Source of the DNA: Fistulifera solaris
Taxonomy: Eukaryota
Assembly (NCBI GenBank): GCA_030295235.1
Contig: AP026128.1
Location: 248,001 to 312,000 of the forward strand
DNA: 64,000 bases
Direction of reading: 5' to 3'
Shown here: one piece after another, positions 25,766 through 38,300 of the stretch
Layout: each line of letters begins with the position of its first letter
How positions within the stretch are numbered: position 1 is the first letter of the stretch
Position numbers and translations under genes: made by a program
The notes under the pieces: generated by a model
What the model saw: the letters and a program-made list of their open reading frames with translations, nothing else
Database searches by the model: none
What the model was told of the DNA's origin: nothing

Positions 25766-26345
25766 CGCACAAAGAATTGATAGAGCAAATCGAGAAAAAA
25801 ATTACAGAGCAGGAAACCGCAGCTTGCAGAACATCAACAAAGCATGAACGAAAAAAGAATGATAATGGAAACGCTTTACCGCCACGATAGATAGCGTTTC
25901 TGCGTATTTTTGTTTGACTCCGTTCCAAACGAATCCCGTTTCAGTACCGCGTTAAGTCCCGTGAGAAACACTTCGATTTCTGACATCCCCACGACTGGAT
26001 TTGCAGTCTAGTTAGGCTATCTTTAGTCGCATCGCGATTGAATAACGCACGTTTGACTGACTCGATTATTCGTCCGAAAAACATCATCGCAACACGCAGC
26101 AAACGATGAATGAATAATAAAGAGTCTGCGCTTTGAAATGATGTAAGCACGCTTCGACCCGTTTCATTTGTATCGAATGCATTTTATTCATCGTCACGCC
26201 GTGTTTTAATCGATTTCTTCTTTTCTGCTTTGACCCTCTCGAACGAAAGCAGCCAGTATATTCTGCGTTGATTGAATGAAATTGGCGCATTTTTTCTTCT
26301 CTGCTACTCACGTGCCGCGCGTGGATAGCGCCTCATAAAACTCGC

Positions 26346-27017
26346 ATGCCCCGCGGAGTCAAAAAGGAGCATCTGCCCTCGAAAATATGTGTCATGTGTC
26401 ATCGTCCTTTTAACTGGCGAAAAAAGTGGGAAAGTTGCTGGGATGAAGTGACGACTTGCTCCAAATCCTGTAATCGACAACGTCGTGCGGACCAACAACA
26501 AATGAACCGGAGACTTGCCACGGCGTTGAGTTCCATTCCCAATGACAACTTAGAAGACGAAGTGACTGATTTCGATACTAAATTGGACGGTAATGATGTT
26601 TTGGTGAGCGAGATACAATCAGCTGTTGATCAACACATGATAGACGATGCAAGTGTCGGATCAAGTTCATCAGTCGAGTGTGCCAGTACTCTCTCCATAT
26701 TGAATAAGGATGACACCAAAGACGAAGACGTTGAAATATTAGACCCTCGAGCCGCCCGCAAAGCTGCCAAGAAACTCGCCAAATTGGAACGAAGAGCGAA
26801 ACGAGAAGGAAAAGCCGATTGCGGACAAAAGTCCTGCGACGTGTGTCAAAAGTCGGTCAACTTACTGATTCGCTGTACCATCGATGCGTCGGGTGAATGG
26901 AAAATGGTGTGTGGAAAATGCTGGCATTCCGTCAGTGGAGGTGTGGTGGACGGCGATGCGAATCATCCTCATTATCGGTACGGAGGGCTCTGGAAAAATC
27001 GTTCACGAAGTGCTTGA
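26346..27017 (+). CDS. DUF2256-domain protein with a second C-terminal Cys-rich domain
   Basis: LPSKICVMCHRPFNWRKKWESCWDEVTTCSKSC; C-terminal CDVC...RC...W.MVCGKCW...YRYGGLWKN. Confidence 0.8.
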   Translation: MPRGVKKEHLPSKICVMCHRPFNWRKKWESCWDEVTTCSKSCNRQRRADQQQMNRRLATALSSIPNDNLEDEVTDFDTKLDGNDVLVSEIQSAVDQHMIDDASVGSSSSVECASTLSILNKDDTKDEDVEILDPRAARKAAKKLAKLERRAKREGKADCGQKSCDVCQKSVNLLIRCTIDASGEWKMVCGKCWHSVSGGVVDGDANHPHYRYGGLWKNRSRSA

Positions 27018-27297
27018 TTATTCATCAGGATGACTTATTTATATTCGGAGCATAAAGACGATTATTAATAGCTCCGCAAAGTTATTAGACAGTTGCGACT
27101 CGACGGAACCGGGGATGGGCACTTTGAATGAATCACGATTGCCAACGCACGGACGGCGGAAGTGCGTTCACACAAAACCACGAAATCGTTTTCAAAGAAA
27201 TATAGCAGCGCAACAACGTAAAAACAGACTCCTGTTTTCATTATACAGTTTGATTTTGTAATATCATCTACCGTAAGAAGACCTAATATTTCCAAAG

Positions 27298-29067
27298 ATG
27301 GATCCTCAAGGTGACAGCAGTACGGGTATGTCACGTGCAGCCAAGAAACGGGCGAAAAAGAAGCAAAAGTTAAATGTTGATCGAAACGACGCCGAGCCGG
27401 CAGACGCACCATCCGGCAGCAAAGAAGAGACATTGAAAGATCCGGAAAGCAAAGCTGTCCAAAAACGTAAATTTGTTCGTGTCAAGGAAGAGGAGACGAG
27501 TGCAGACGACGATGATGATTCATCGCTGCAGCCTTCTCAATCTTTGCAGTACCAGACTCTGGTCGAGATTCTCAGAGATACCAAGAATAGCATGACCGCG
27601 AGTCAAAGATCTCGTGCTACACTCGAATTTCTTCTTGGCAAAGTGTCGGCAGCGGAATTTTATGCCAAGTATTGGGAACAGAACCCGCTTTTCATACAAA
27701 AAACGACCGATACACACGCCAGGCGATTCGAGCACTTGCTCTCCAAAAGCAGAATTAAGGAAATATTACAAGAGAAAGCAACTTACTATGGACGTGACTT
27801 AAACGTGGCACGGTACGAAAAATCGAAAGATGGTGTGAAACGACGTGTCACATTGGATCGGTTGAAGGATAAGGTTGTTTGTGAAGAAGATCCGACGGAT
27901 GTAAGAAATTTTGTCAAGGTAGATCCAGATGATATTTGGACACACTATGAACGTGGCTGCACGATACGACTCCTGTGCCCACATGAACACTCTGATGAGA
28001 TACAAGCATTGCTGAGCACATTGGAATTGGAATGGGGCTGCATGGTGGGAGCGAACGCTTATTTGACTCCTCCCAATAGCTCACAGGGTTTCGCACCCCA
28101 TTATGATGACATCGAGGCATTTTGCTTGCAATTAGAGGGAAAGAAGAGATGGAAAGTGTACGCTCCCCTCAATCCAGAGTCAGTATTACCTCGTTTTTCG
28201 AGTTCCGATTTTAGAGAGGAGGACTTGGTCGGAATTCAGCCCGTACTGGATGTCGTTTTGGAAGCAGGTGATATGCTGTACATGCCTCGCGGTTGGATAC
28301 ACCAAGCGTGTACCTTGCGTTCCGGTGCAGAAGATAATGAACATTCGTTGCACTTGACGGTTTCGGCCATGCAACAATGGGCTTGGGCTGATTTAATGGA
28401 AGTCGTATTTCCTGAAGCAGTTCAGGCTGCTGCAGAAAGTGCAAAGTCGAATGAACTTCGGCAAGGTCTTCCCCGCAATTTCCTTGATTACATGGGCGCG
28501 ATGCACGACAATAATCCTGACAAAATGCCTGAAGCTCTTAAAATGTTGGCGAAGAGAGTCGAGTCACAGGACGAAGTAGATGCCAAAACAAAGGCACTTA
28601 AACGACAAGAAAGGTTTCGTTCAGAAGCGAAAAGGAGAATTATGGCGGTTGCGAATGAGGCCGTGGAGCTTTTGGACGCTGCATGTGATCAAATGGGGAA
28701 GCGTTTCATCTCGGATCGTCAACCGCCTGTCTGGTCCGAAGAAGAGAGGGAGATATTGTATGCTGAAACAAAAATTCTTCCGTCACACCTGTGTCGACTT
28801 GCTCGTCCGGGAATCGCTCGTCTTGTTCTTGAGGACGACAAAGCAGTTGTCTATCATTGCAATGACAATGCTCGTACCTACCGTGCGCATGCATTGAGTC
28901 CTCTTGAATTTGAACTTGACGACGCTCCAGCCATTGAGCAGCTATTGGGAACCACCGAACCACAATGGATATGCGTCGCTGACCTGGTTCATGATACAAT
29001 GGAAGATAGAGTCGGTGTCGCTCAAGCATTGTATGACGAGAACATACTGCTTCTACGAGAAGGATAA
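27298..29067 (+). CDS. RIOX1: JmjC ribosomal oxygenase, NO66/RIOX1-like
   Basis: ANAYLTPP, GFAPHYDDIEAFCLQLEGKKRW, LEAGDMLYMPRGWIHQA, SLHLTVS; basic NLS-like N-terminus. Confidence 0.88.
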   Translation: MDPQGDSSTGMSRAAKKRAKKKQKLNVDRNDAEPADAPSGSKEETLKDPESKAVQKRKFVRVKEEETSADDDDDSSLQPSQSLQYQTLVEILRDTKNSMTASQRSRATLEFLLGKVSAAEFYAKYWEQNPLFIQKTTDTHARRFEHLLSKSRIKEILQEKATYYGRDLNVARYEKSKDGVKRRVTLDRLKDKVVCEEDPTDVRNFVKVDPDDIWTHYERGCTIRLLCPHEHSDEIQALLSTLELEWGCMVGANAYLTPPNSSQGFAPHYDDIEAFCLQLEGKKRWKVYAPLNPESVLPRFSSSDFREEDLVGIQPVLDVVLEAGDMLYMPRGWIHQACTLRSGAEDNEHSLHLTVSAMQQWAWADLMEVVFPEAVQAAAESAKSNELRQGLPRNFLDYMGAMHDNNPDKMPEALKMLAKRVESQDEVDAKTKALKRQERFRSEAKRRIMAVANEAVELLDAACDQMGKRFISDRQPPVWSEEEREILYAETKILPSHLCRLARPGIARLVLEDDKAVVYHCNDNARTYRAHALSPLEFELDDAPAIEQLLGTTEPQWICVADLVHDTMEDRVGVAQALYDENILLLREG

Positions 29068-29181
29068 GAGCAAGTAGCGAGTGCATGTAGCTAAAGAAAT
29101 GAGTTGCTCTTAAATGAATTTCACTACATAAGGGAACTTGTCCTACACTATTTGACATACAGTACCTGGTAAGCCCCCACT

Positions 29182-30929
29182 TCAAATAGTAGCCGTCCTC
29201 TCGGTATCCTGCTGCATTGGCTGGGTAGCAGCCTGAAGTTGCGAAGCTAAATCGAAATTATCAGCACCAAGATCTCCTTTGTTCATACTTTCGTGAAGAT
29301 GACTAAGACCCGTCTCACCCGTCATTCCTTCTCCGGTTGCCGATTGCTGCTGCAAGAAAGAGCCGGCGGCGCCTCCAGCTGCCAAAGCCTCTTGCAGTTT
29401 GTTTAATGTGGCACTATCGACTTGTCCGGACGTGTTGTCCGGCATCAAACCGTTATCTTCCGGAAGGCTCGAATGGCGTTTATCGACCTCCGGGTAAGCA
29501 TGGCTAACACTTTCTTCCTCTTGATTCTTCTCACCGTCGGATCCTCCTGCCTCCTCTGGCACATGCCCTTTCTCGTCATCATCCATATCCGCACCAGATC
29601 CTTTCTTCATGCGCTTCATCTTCATGCAAAGTTGGGGGCAATCACGGACAAACATCTCATGAAAGTACGAATTGTGGTCGTTACCGGAAACGATTCGTCG
29701 GAAGCCCCATCCATTCACCTGGTTGTGAGGAAAGAAAAGCGACAAAAGTGAGTATTCGGGTTGGATTGGATACCCTTATGCAATGAACGAACGATTGTTG
29801 CGACCCAAGGTCGACCTTCAAATGAAGGTTTCGACGCAAGATCGTCCTCCTGCTCTGACAATTTTTTACTTACTTGGCGCATAAATGAAGCATACCTAGT
29901 TGCGAGGAAAGAAAAGCGACAAAAAGTGAGTTTTAAGATCGGCCTCCTGCTCTCAAGAAAACCAAACACTTACTTTGCATGTCGGAAATACAGAGGAATG
30001 ACCACTTGTTCAAAGACAGGAGGCTTGAGGATGCGCCACGATCGTCCGTGAGGGTTCCAGCAAATGCACTCCTGAAATTCCGGGTTCGAAAGGATTTGGT
30101 GCAGTTTCAGAGGGAAGGGCGGTTCTTTCTTGCCCTTGCCCGCAAAGGGTTCGGCCCATTCGGCTTCCGGTTTGTCAATCTTGGGCACTTGAGAATTCAT
30201 GAGCCCCGATCCCGACAAGGCGGAAGAGAGTTGCAACGGAAGACCAGCTTGCGGCGGTCCAGCTTGTCCCAAATTGAGCCCAGCGGCGGCCATGACGGGC
30301 AAACCCTGTTGAAGGAGCTGTTGAGCCATTTGCAACTGTTGGAGCTGTTGCAATTGCTGAGGATTCAGTTGACCCCCCAACATCATTCCCGCGAGCGCCA
30401 TGGGGTTGAACAGACCACCTCCCAACAAAAACTGCTGCGGATTGAACTGTTGCTGATTGTTCTGCTGCTGCTGATTCTGATTAAAAGCTTGTTGTTGCTG
30501 CTGCTGCTGTTGCTGCGGTTGTTGAAAGTTCGGAAATGCCATGGGCTGTTGCGAAGAACCATTGTCATTGGGAGCCGCCATGATGTTGCCTGAGATGCCG
30601 CTACTCGAATTGTCATCTCCGGGTCCCTTTTCTTGAATACCACTGTTGTTCATTGCCTGTTGTTGTTGCTGCTGCTGCTGTTGCTGCTGCAACTGCATCT
30701 GAAGTTGCTGGAGCTGCTGCGGAGTAGCTCCATTGAGAAAGGGAAACCCGGCCGGTGCACCATTGTTTTGTTGCTGTTGAGGCTGAGGCTGTTGAAAATT
30801 CTGGACGGGCACGTTGTTATTGTTTTGTGCTGCTGCGGCGTTTCCTTCTCCTTCATTCTCGCCTTGAGAGGATTGCTGCTGAAGCTGCTGCAACTGTTGA
30901 AGTTGTTGCAATAAAGTGGAGGCGTCCAT
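29182..30929 (-). CDS. Heat shock transcription factor with polyQ N-terminus; introns 29896-29973 and 29719-29873 around a 22-nt microexon (29874-29895)
   Basis: FPLKLHQIL, CWNPHGRSWRI, YFRHAK|YASFMRQ|VNGWGFRR, YFHEMFVRDCP: complete HSF DNA-binding domain after splicing. Confidence 0.93.
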
Positions 30930-31640
30930 GGTATCTTTTTCAAAAGACAAACAAAAACTCTTTTGCTTTCGGTCGATCAGAAGTCTTTTGAATGCGTTTC
31001 TTGTTTGCTTCGCTGGCTGGACCGAAACCGGCGTTGTTCGCTTTGAGATCTTTCTGAAGCCAGTACAAAATGAACGTGGATTTCTACGTGGAAAAGAAAT
31101 TCCGTGCCTCGCTTTCGGAAGGAGATGCGAAAAGATTCTCTTTGACGACCTTCTTTCGTAGACAATCTACTGTTCTTGAGTACATGTTGTTTGATAGTGA
31201 TTAGGTTTATTTAGAGCCTTGCTCCTGAAATTTCAACGGTTGCGGGCCGGCGAGCGCGTGTCCATTCCGAAAATAAAATAAGTAGTACTTTTGGCTTCAT
31301 AGTCGTTTACTCGTAGTACTTAGATTACTGACAGAGAAAGTCTTTCTCCTTCCACCAATCATGACTGCCATCTGTGTCATTTTGTGTCATTCATATGACG
31401 TCATGGACCGAACACCGAACTTCGAAGAAAACCAGAAACGAGGTCACGGATTTGCAGGACCCGAACGTCAGTGAGGCAATGGTTGTGCGAGTACTTTCTG
31501 TGTGATACCAACGGTACAGCTCGGTATAGCTCATTACTTTTTCGCCTCGGAAGGCAATTCAAAGCCTTTCTCATTATTGCATCCATTCCTCATTCTTTGG
31601 TTCCATTTTTTCATCGACCTCAAGAAGGAGTCAAGCAACG

Positions 31641-33315
31641 ATGAGGTTATCGAATGCAATCTTACCCGCGATCGGACGCCATGGCGTGGCGGTTCCAAAC
31701 TACGATCCGGCCAGTATCACACCCGGGATTTTCCATGTAAGTTTCAGTGAAAGCAAATCAAAGCGCATGCGTTATATAAACTACAATCCGTTGAATCTGT
31801 AGCCTCGAATGATACTTTGTCTCACCCTTTCACCAGGTCGGGACCGGAAATTTTCATCGCGCTCATTTGGGAAATTACATGCACGAACTCTTTCAGCAGG
31901 ACCCCACACAACGACATTGGGGGATTATTGGCAGCAGCGTACGACCGGATACGAAAGATGCCAAGAAGAAACGATTGGCGGACCAAGATTGGTTACAGAC
32001 ACTCGTGATTATGGATGGAGCCAACGCTGATGCCCGGATTCTCGGTAGCATGATCGATTACGTGTCCGTCACGGATCCGGACGACACGTCTCCCATTCTT
32101 CATGCTTTAATGAATCCAGACATTCGCATCGTATCCATGACGATTACCGAAGGTGGCTACTTTTGAATCCGCACACCGGAAAGTTTGATCCGAATCATCC
32201 GGCCATTCGTCAAGATGTGGAAGACATCGATCAGGCGTCGACCATTTTTGGTCTCATTGTCAAAGCTTTGGAGTTGCGTCGCGAACAAGGAATGCCCGCA
32301 TTTACCGTCCTGTCCTGTGACAATGTTCCTCACAATGGTGCGTATAAAAGAACCAGAAGAAGGTGTTATTGTTGTGTGTCTGTGTCTCACTTTTGTTGTG
32401 TTAGGCGACGTCTGTCGCAATGTCATTGTCGGTCTGGCCCAATTGGTCGATCCTTCCCTCGCCGACTGGATTCAAGCCAATGCTTCGTTTCCCAATTCCA
32501 TGGTGGATCGGATTGCCATTGCCACGGGCGATCGGGAACGCTCTTTGATTGAGAAAAAGTACGGATACGAAGACGTCGCTCCGGTCGTCTGCGAACCGTT
32601 CACCCAATGGGTCCTCGAAGATGATTTTTGTCAAGGACGACCGGCCTGGGAACAACTCGAGTCCATTCAGTTTGTGGAGGATGTGGAACCCTTTGAACGG
32701 ATGAAAATTCGGATCCTGAATGGGGGACACGCGTCGTTGTGTTATTCGGCGGCCCTTCTGGACATTGACTTTGTCCATCAGGCCATGGAACATCCCGTAC
32801 TGGGTCCGTTTTTGGATACACTGGAACGCAATGAAATCATTCCGACGGTCGGTCAAGTCCCCGGTATGGATTTGACCGATTATTGGGATACGATTCAATC
32901 GCGGTTTGCCAATTCGGCCATGTGCGATACGGTGGCACGAAATGTGGCGCAAGGATCGGACCGTCAAACCAAATTCATCATTCCCGTGATTCAAGCCAAC
33001 CTGGCGGAAGGTCATTCCGATCTGCAAGGACTCGCGACCGTGAGTGCTTTGTGGTGTCGGTATTGTCAAGGAAAAACCGAAAGTGGTAAAGTGATCGAGC
33101 CCAACGATAATTTATGGGATCGATTACACGAAACAGCTCTATCGGCGATGGATAATCCGGTCGTGTGGTTAGAAATGGAAGATATTTATGGTGATTGTGG
33201 AAAGAATCGTTTGTTTGTGCATCATTTTACGGAAGCTTTGCAAACGATTCAGAAGGAGGGTGTCGAAGCGGCTTTGAAGAAATACGTCGAGTCCTTTGCC
33301 GCAGCTGTGGCTTGA
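31641..33315 (+). CDS. Long-chain mannitol 2-dehydrogenase family protein; introns 31737-31836 and 32338-32404; apparent frameshift 32161-32164
   Basis: GIFH|VGTGNFHRAH, IVSMTITEGGY, VLSCDN, FPNSMVDRI, CEPFTQWVLED, KIRILNGGH. Confidence 0.92.
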
Positions 33316-33695
33316 TGATGAACAGAACTGGAGTTCCTGTCTTTGTTTTTAGTTTGTGTAATGAGTAGTAAAGACAATTTTAGCCAAAAGGGAATGAATG
33401 AATAAGTGTCTTTTAGTTGGATGCGATACATGCCGATCGATCGCTTCGTGTTATTTGCTACTCCAGTACTCCGTACTACGTAATTGCTACGCAAGTCGTC
33501 AGTGTCTTAGCGGTAATAGCTGACAATCTCGTTTGTACGTCGTACGGCGTTTTTCATTTCGTCCATCCGACGATTTTTTCCTCGTTTTTTTTTTCGTCAT
33601 TTTGTTGTCCTTGTTCAGAGTTGTCCTTCCTATACACGTTCATTGACTCTTTTGGGATCCTTTTAGTAACCAATTATACAGAAAGACAAGAGATT

Positions 33696-34916
33696 ATGTC
33701 GGTAGATGACGAGATTGATTACGACGAATTGATTCGACAAATTGAATCGGACTGGAATCTCGACGACTGTCAACAAGAATTGTTGGATGCCGCTCGGTAC
33801 GATGATTTGGAGGTCGTTCGGGCCATATTACACTGTCATCCCGAACTAGTAGCGTACCAAGATCCTCATACGGGAAATTCGGCACTCCACATGGCGGCGG
33901 CAAATGGACACGCCGCCATTGTCCAATTTCTCTTGTCGGTCGGAGCCCGTGTGGGTTTGGAAAATAGAGCCGGGAATTCACCCTTGCATTGGGCGGCATC
34001 CAACGGAAAACACGAAATTGTGCAACTACTGCTCCAAGAATCCCAAGCCGATGTGTTGCAACGGAATCGGTTCGGACGTTCGGCCCTGACGGAAGGGTTT
34101 ACGAGTGAAAATACCGATGTGGTGCAAGCTTTGTTGGAACACGCATCGGCATCGGAAGAACGTTTAATGGCGACCGCGGGTTCTTCAAAAGAAGAAGCGT
34201 CGGTGACACATTCATTTCAAATGAGTAATGCCCAGTTTCAAGTCCGTGAATTGGCCATTGCTCAATCGTCGGAAGACACTATTTTGGGTCAAGAATCACC
34301 GGAAGACGATACGACCGGATTGGGAATTTGGGCGGCGTCTCTGATATGTGCCCGTTGGGTGGTCGAATGGTTTTCCAGTAAGGATTATAAGCACGTCTTG
34401 GAGTTGGGAGCCGGCTGTGGTGTCCCAGGTCTCGCGGTCGCTACCATGGGGGTAGCGTCAAAGGTGTATTTGACCGATTTCAATGCGCGAACGGTGAACA
34501 ATCTACAGCACAATGTCGAAATTAATGGACTGGCAGATTGTGTCGAGGTTCTCAATATGAATTGGCAGGATCGATCAACATGGCCTCAGGAAAAGATGGA
34601 CGTCGTGATCGGATCCGACTTGATTTACCAATCCGACATGGCACCCTTGCTGGCCACCACCTTGCAACAGCTGGTGGCGCACCATGGCCGCTTTTTGTAT
34701 GCCGCACCCAAGGAGGGACGACAAGGTCATGCCGACTTTTTAGCGTTGATGGAACAATCCGGATTTCAGTTGTTACGAGAAACGGAACCTCCGTCATCGT
34801 ATTTGGAGAATCCTTTGCAAAATCAGGACGACGAGGATTTTTATTTGCATTTTCATGACCTTCAGAACACTGATATGAATTACAGACTTTATGAATTTTT
34901 GCAAACGAACGCGTGA
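33696..34916 (+). CDS. Ankyrin-repeat (Yar1-like) plus family-16 (METTL21-like) protein methyltransferase fusion
   Basis: GNSALHMAAANGH, GNSPLHWAASNGK; TGLGIWAAS, VLELGAGCGVPG, LTD, LNMNW, VIGSDLIY. Confidence 0.87.
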   Translation: MSVDDEIDYDELIRQIESDWNLDDCQQELLDAARYDDLEVVRAILHCHPELVAYQDPHTGNSALHMAAANGHAAIVQFLLSVGARVGLENRAGNSPLHWAASNGKHEIVQLLLQESQADVLQRNRFGRSALTEGFTSENTDVVQALLEHASASEERLMATAGSSKEEASVTHSFQMSNAQFQVRELAIAQSSEDTILGQESPEDDTTGLGIWAASLICARWVVEWFSSKDYKHVLELGAGCGVPGLAVATMGVASKVYLTDFNARTVNNLQHNVEINGLADCVEVLNMNWQDRSTWPQEKMDVVIGSDLIYQSDMAPLLATTLQQLVAHHGRFLYAAPKEGRQGHADFLALMEQSGFQLLRETEPPSSYLENPLQNQDDEDFYLHFHDLQNTDMNYRLYEFLQTNA

Positions 34917-35397
34917 CTAATGTCAGTTCTTCTTTTTGATGGCCTTACAGCTCAATGCTCGTGTGATCGTCTCTCACGGAAACTTCCTCATTGGACTGGC
35001 CGTAATTGTCCACAGACAAAGATAGAGAGTTTCTGGATTGAGACTAGCATTAATCTTACAATCAAGCTAGCAAGAGCACTGCTTTTAAAAAAAGACGATG
35101 AACGAGAGATCTACCACTTGCTGAAGATCATCATTCGTTACACTTTGCTGTTCACCTTGTCAACGTTTTTTGCAAGCAATTATTTTCTGATCAATTTTTA
35201 AAATTGTAATGTTTTTGACATGATCTGAGCTCCGACATTGGGGATCATGTGAGTGGGATGTTTTTGGCATTTCCTGCCAAACATGTGATCTAAGGAAACT
35301 GTTTTACTGTTCAATCATTACTAGGTGCGAGTACAAGGGCTCGTCTTTCTTTAATCCTTCTTGACATCTATACTTTTACATTTTTAACACTTCATCT

Positions 35398-38300
35398 TTA
35401 TTCATACCACGATGTTGTTTCCATATCTTCCGCGCCAAACTCTCTTGTTTTGGAACGGGAAGACGCACTACTAGCTGTTTCATCGGTCACTGTTCCATCA
35501 ATGACATTTCCTTCTTTGATGGCTCGGTCTAAATCGGCTGCCAACGCACTCCGTCTCCGTTTTCGCATAATGAAGCTGGCAGCGGCCAATGTCATGAATG
35601 CGGAAACCGCCGCTGCTGCAGTAGCTAGTGGTAATACCTTGGCCTTGGAAGCATCCGTAGCGGAAGGACTTGCTTCGGGCACGGACGGTTCAACAGCTTC
35701 TTCTTCCTTTTCACTCGATGGTTCTTCCGTTACTTCAACCTTGTCTTCGGGTACTTCTTTCTTCACTTCATCCTTCTCATCCGACACTTCGTCCGTGTCT
35801 TGACCACGAGCCGTCTCTTCCGGAATTATTTCTATTGCTTCGAATTCTACTTGAGTTGTGCTCGCCATGTTAGGCACTGTTCGTGCGTACTCAAGGATGT
35901 ATCTGAAAAATGAAACAGTCAGTACATGGTCTGACACTATTGCAACAATGGATGAGTTCGCATCTCAGGGCTTACCTAATGTAATCATCCTCCGTGGCGG
36001 CCATGACATCGAAGTGTGTTGCCACATCCGCTATCCCTGGCGATCCCTTGTCATAGAGCACGACGGTATCGAAAGAAATGTAGTAGTTCCATGCCGCTGC
36101 TGGATCATTGAAGGTTTCTGCAGCTGGTAAGGCATCGCCGAAGAGAACATCTTTAGGAGTAATTTCAACACCCACAAAACCTGTCCCCGTACCTCGTAAA
36201 ACGCTTCAAAAAGCGTAATAAAAAAGTCCTGCGTATTGGTAATCAGAGTAGCCAACTGATCATCGGGTAGAGTTTCTTCGAGCAATTCAACGACATAAAC
36301 CAAGTAATAATCGGTGAGACGAACTCTCGTGAATTCGTCGCCAACGGACGGGGCCAGAGACGATCCTGCTGTAGTACCCAAGCCGGATGGCATTAGCGAT
36401 GGAGCGATTGTCGTCCCTCCTGTCGTCGGCGCGGGAGTAACGGCCTGAGTTGGGGCTGCAGTACCTCCTGTCGTCGGCGCGGGGGTAATTGCGGCCTGAG
36501 TTGGGGCGGCAGTACCGCCCGTCGTCGGCGCGGGGGTAACGGCAGTTTGAGTTGGGGCCGCAGTACCGCCTGTGGTCGGAGCAGGAGTGTCGGAAGCCAA
36601 AGTTGGCGCTGAGGTACCAGCAGGGGTAGGTGCTGGGGTAGCAGAAACAGCAGTCGGAGCAGAAGTTCTTCCAACGGAAGGAGCTGCTGTCGGGGATCCT
36701 GGGGCGACTGGACTAGCAGTGTTAGGAGGATCGGTAGATGGATCTAAAAACAAAAGTAGAACAATGTGTCAGTTTTTCAGGAACGAAAAGCGCCCCATAT
36801 CACGCTAACAATACTAACCTGTCGGCAGAACGTCTTCTAGGATGTGAATGATTCCATTACATGCAGGGATGTCAGATTCAATCACCCCAACCCCATTGAA
36901 CTCTAACGGCTCTAATGTCACCGTCACCTCCTCTCCTGACAACGATGGAATTGTGCCTTCTTGAACAACAGTGGAAGACTGCACTCCAGGAAGAATGTGG
37001 AAGAGGAGCAATTCTTGTAAATCCTGCCGATTCTCAGGTAAGAGTAGCTCATCTATCGTCGCCTCATCGATTTGCTCGAAAGCATCATTTGTCGGGATGA
37101 GGGCTGTAAAGGGACCAGCGCATAGGAACACTTCTTCTAAGCCAGCAAGTTCAATCATGTCCACAAAAATAGATAAATCGGGATTCAACTTTGCCGTTTC
37201 GAGCACATTTAGCTCACAAATGTGCCCCGAATACTGTAAGTGTCTCTTGTGAAAGAATCCGTTTCCGTACTCGCGGGAGGATGAATGAGTTGGTCCTCGA
37301 AAGTCAAGCGCCGCGCACTCTTCTGGCAGATACCCATTTTCTACAAGAAATAAAAGGACATGAGACAAAGCGAACAACTCATTCAGAATCAAGTCTTCGT
37401 ACTTACCCGGTGTTATAAGGACGTCGTCAATTTTATGAACGACGCCATTGCAGCCCAACATATCTCGACGAATCACTCCTGCTTGATTAAACATGAGGGG
37501 GTTCGTGCTCACTTGAACTCTATCACCCTGCAGCGTCTTATACCCGTTTTCGCGAAAATCTTGTTCAAGGTAAAGACTTGGAATGATGTGGTAGAGAAGG
37601 AAGTCTTCAAGCTCTTCACTGTTGTAAGGATGCTGTAGAAATTCCAGCAAGAATGGGTTGCGCTCTAACGCCGAATTACTCGGTGCCAACAGCGTAAAAG
37701 GTCCAGCACATTCGAGTACACGGTCGATTCCGGCTTTCTCCATGAGACGGACAAAGATGGAGAGATCGGGGTCGTTGGATGCCGTTTCGTAAACGTTCGG
37801 GCTGCATCCCTCACCGTCAAACTGAAGCGCTCTTGACTGCCACGGCTGGAGTGCAGGCGTTTCGCCTTCAGAGAGTTCATCTTGATCGTCTTGTAGATTT
37901 CTCCATCCCCCTTTTCCTTTACCTTTTCCGCTGTACCCCCCTTTGCCTTTTCCTTTCCCGGAAACGAATCGATATTTGCCGGTAAAGTCGAATTCATCGC
38001 AGAAGCCGTCGCTACTACCACTGCCCTTCTTTCCTTTGCTACTCTTCTTGCTAGAGCTACCGCCCTTTCCTTTTCCCTTTCCTCCTCGATAGCCTTGATA
38101 GCCTTTCCCCTTTCCTTTTCCCCGATTGTAGATACTCGTATATTCTGGATCTGGGTTCGTACTCACGTCAGTGAATGAAACAGAGTCTTCGCCGGTAAAG
38201 GCAGAGGTTGGCGACGAATACCTTGAAGGTCTCGAGTTGAGTCTATCGAAAAATAGGTTCCTTGTGTCTTGTTTTTGATGCAGACGACGCTTTGCTTTGA

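Noticed and set aside
33417..33695. 93-aa N-terminal extension of the ankyrin-methyltransferase ORF
   Set aside because: Starts at TTG and is T-rich promoter/UTR-like; ATG at 33696 fits the domain start
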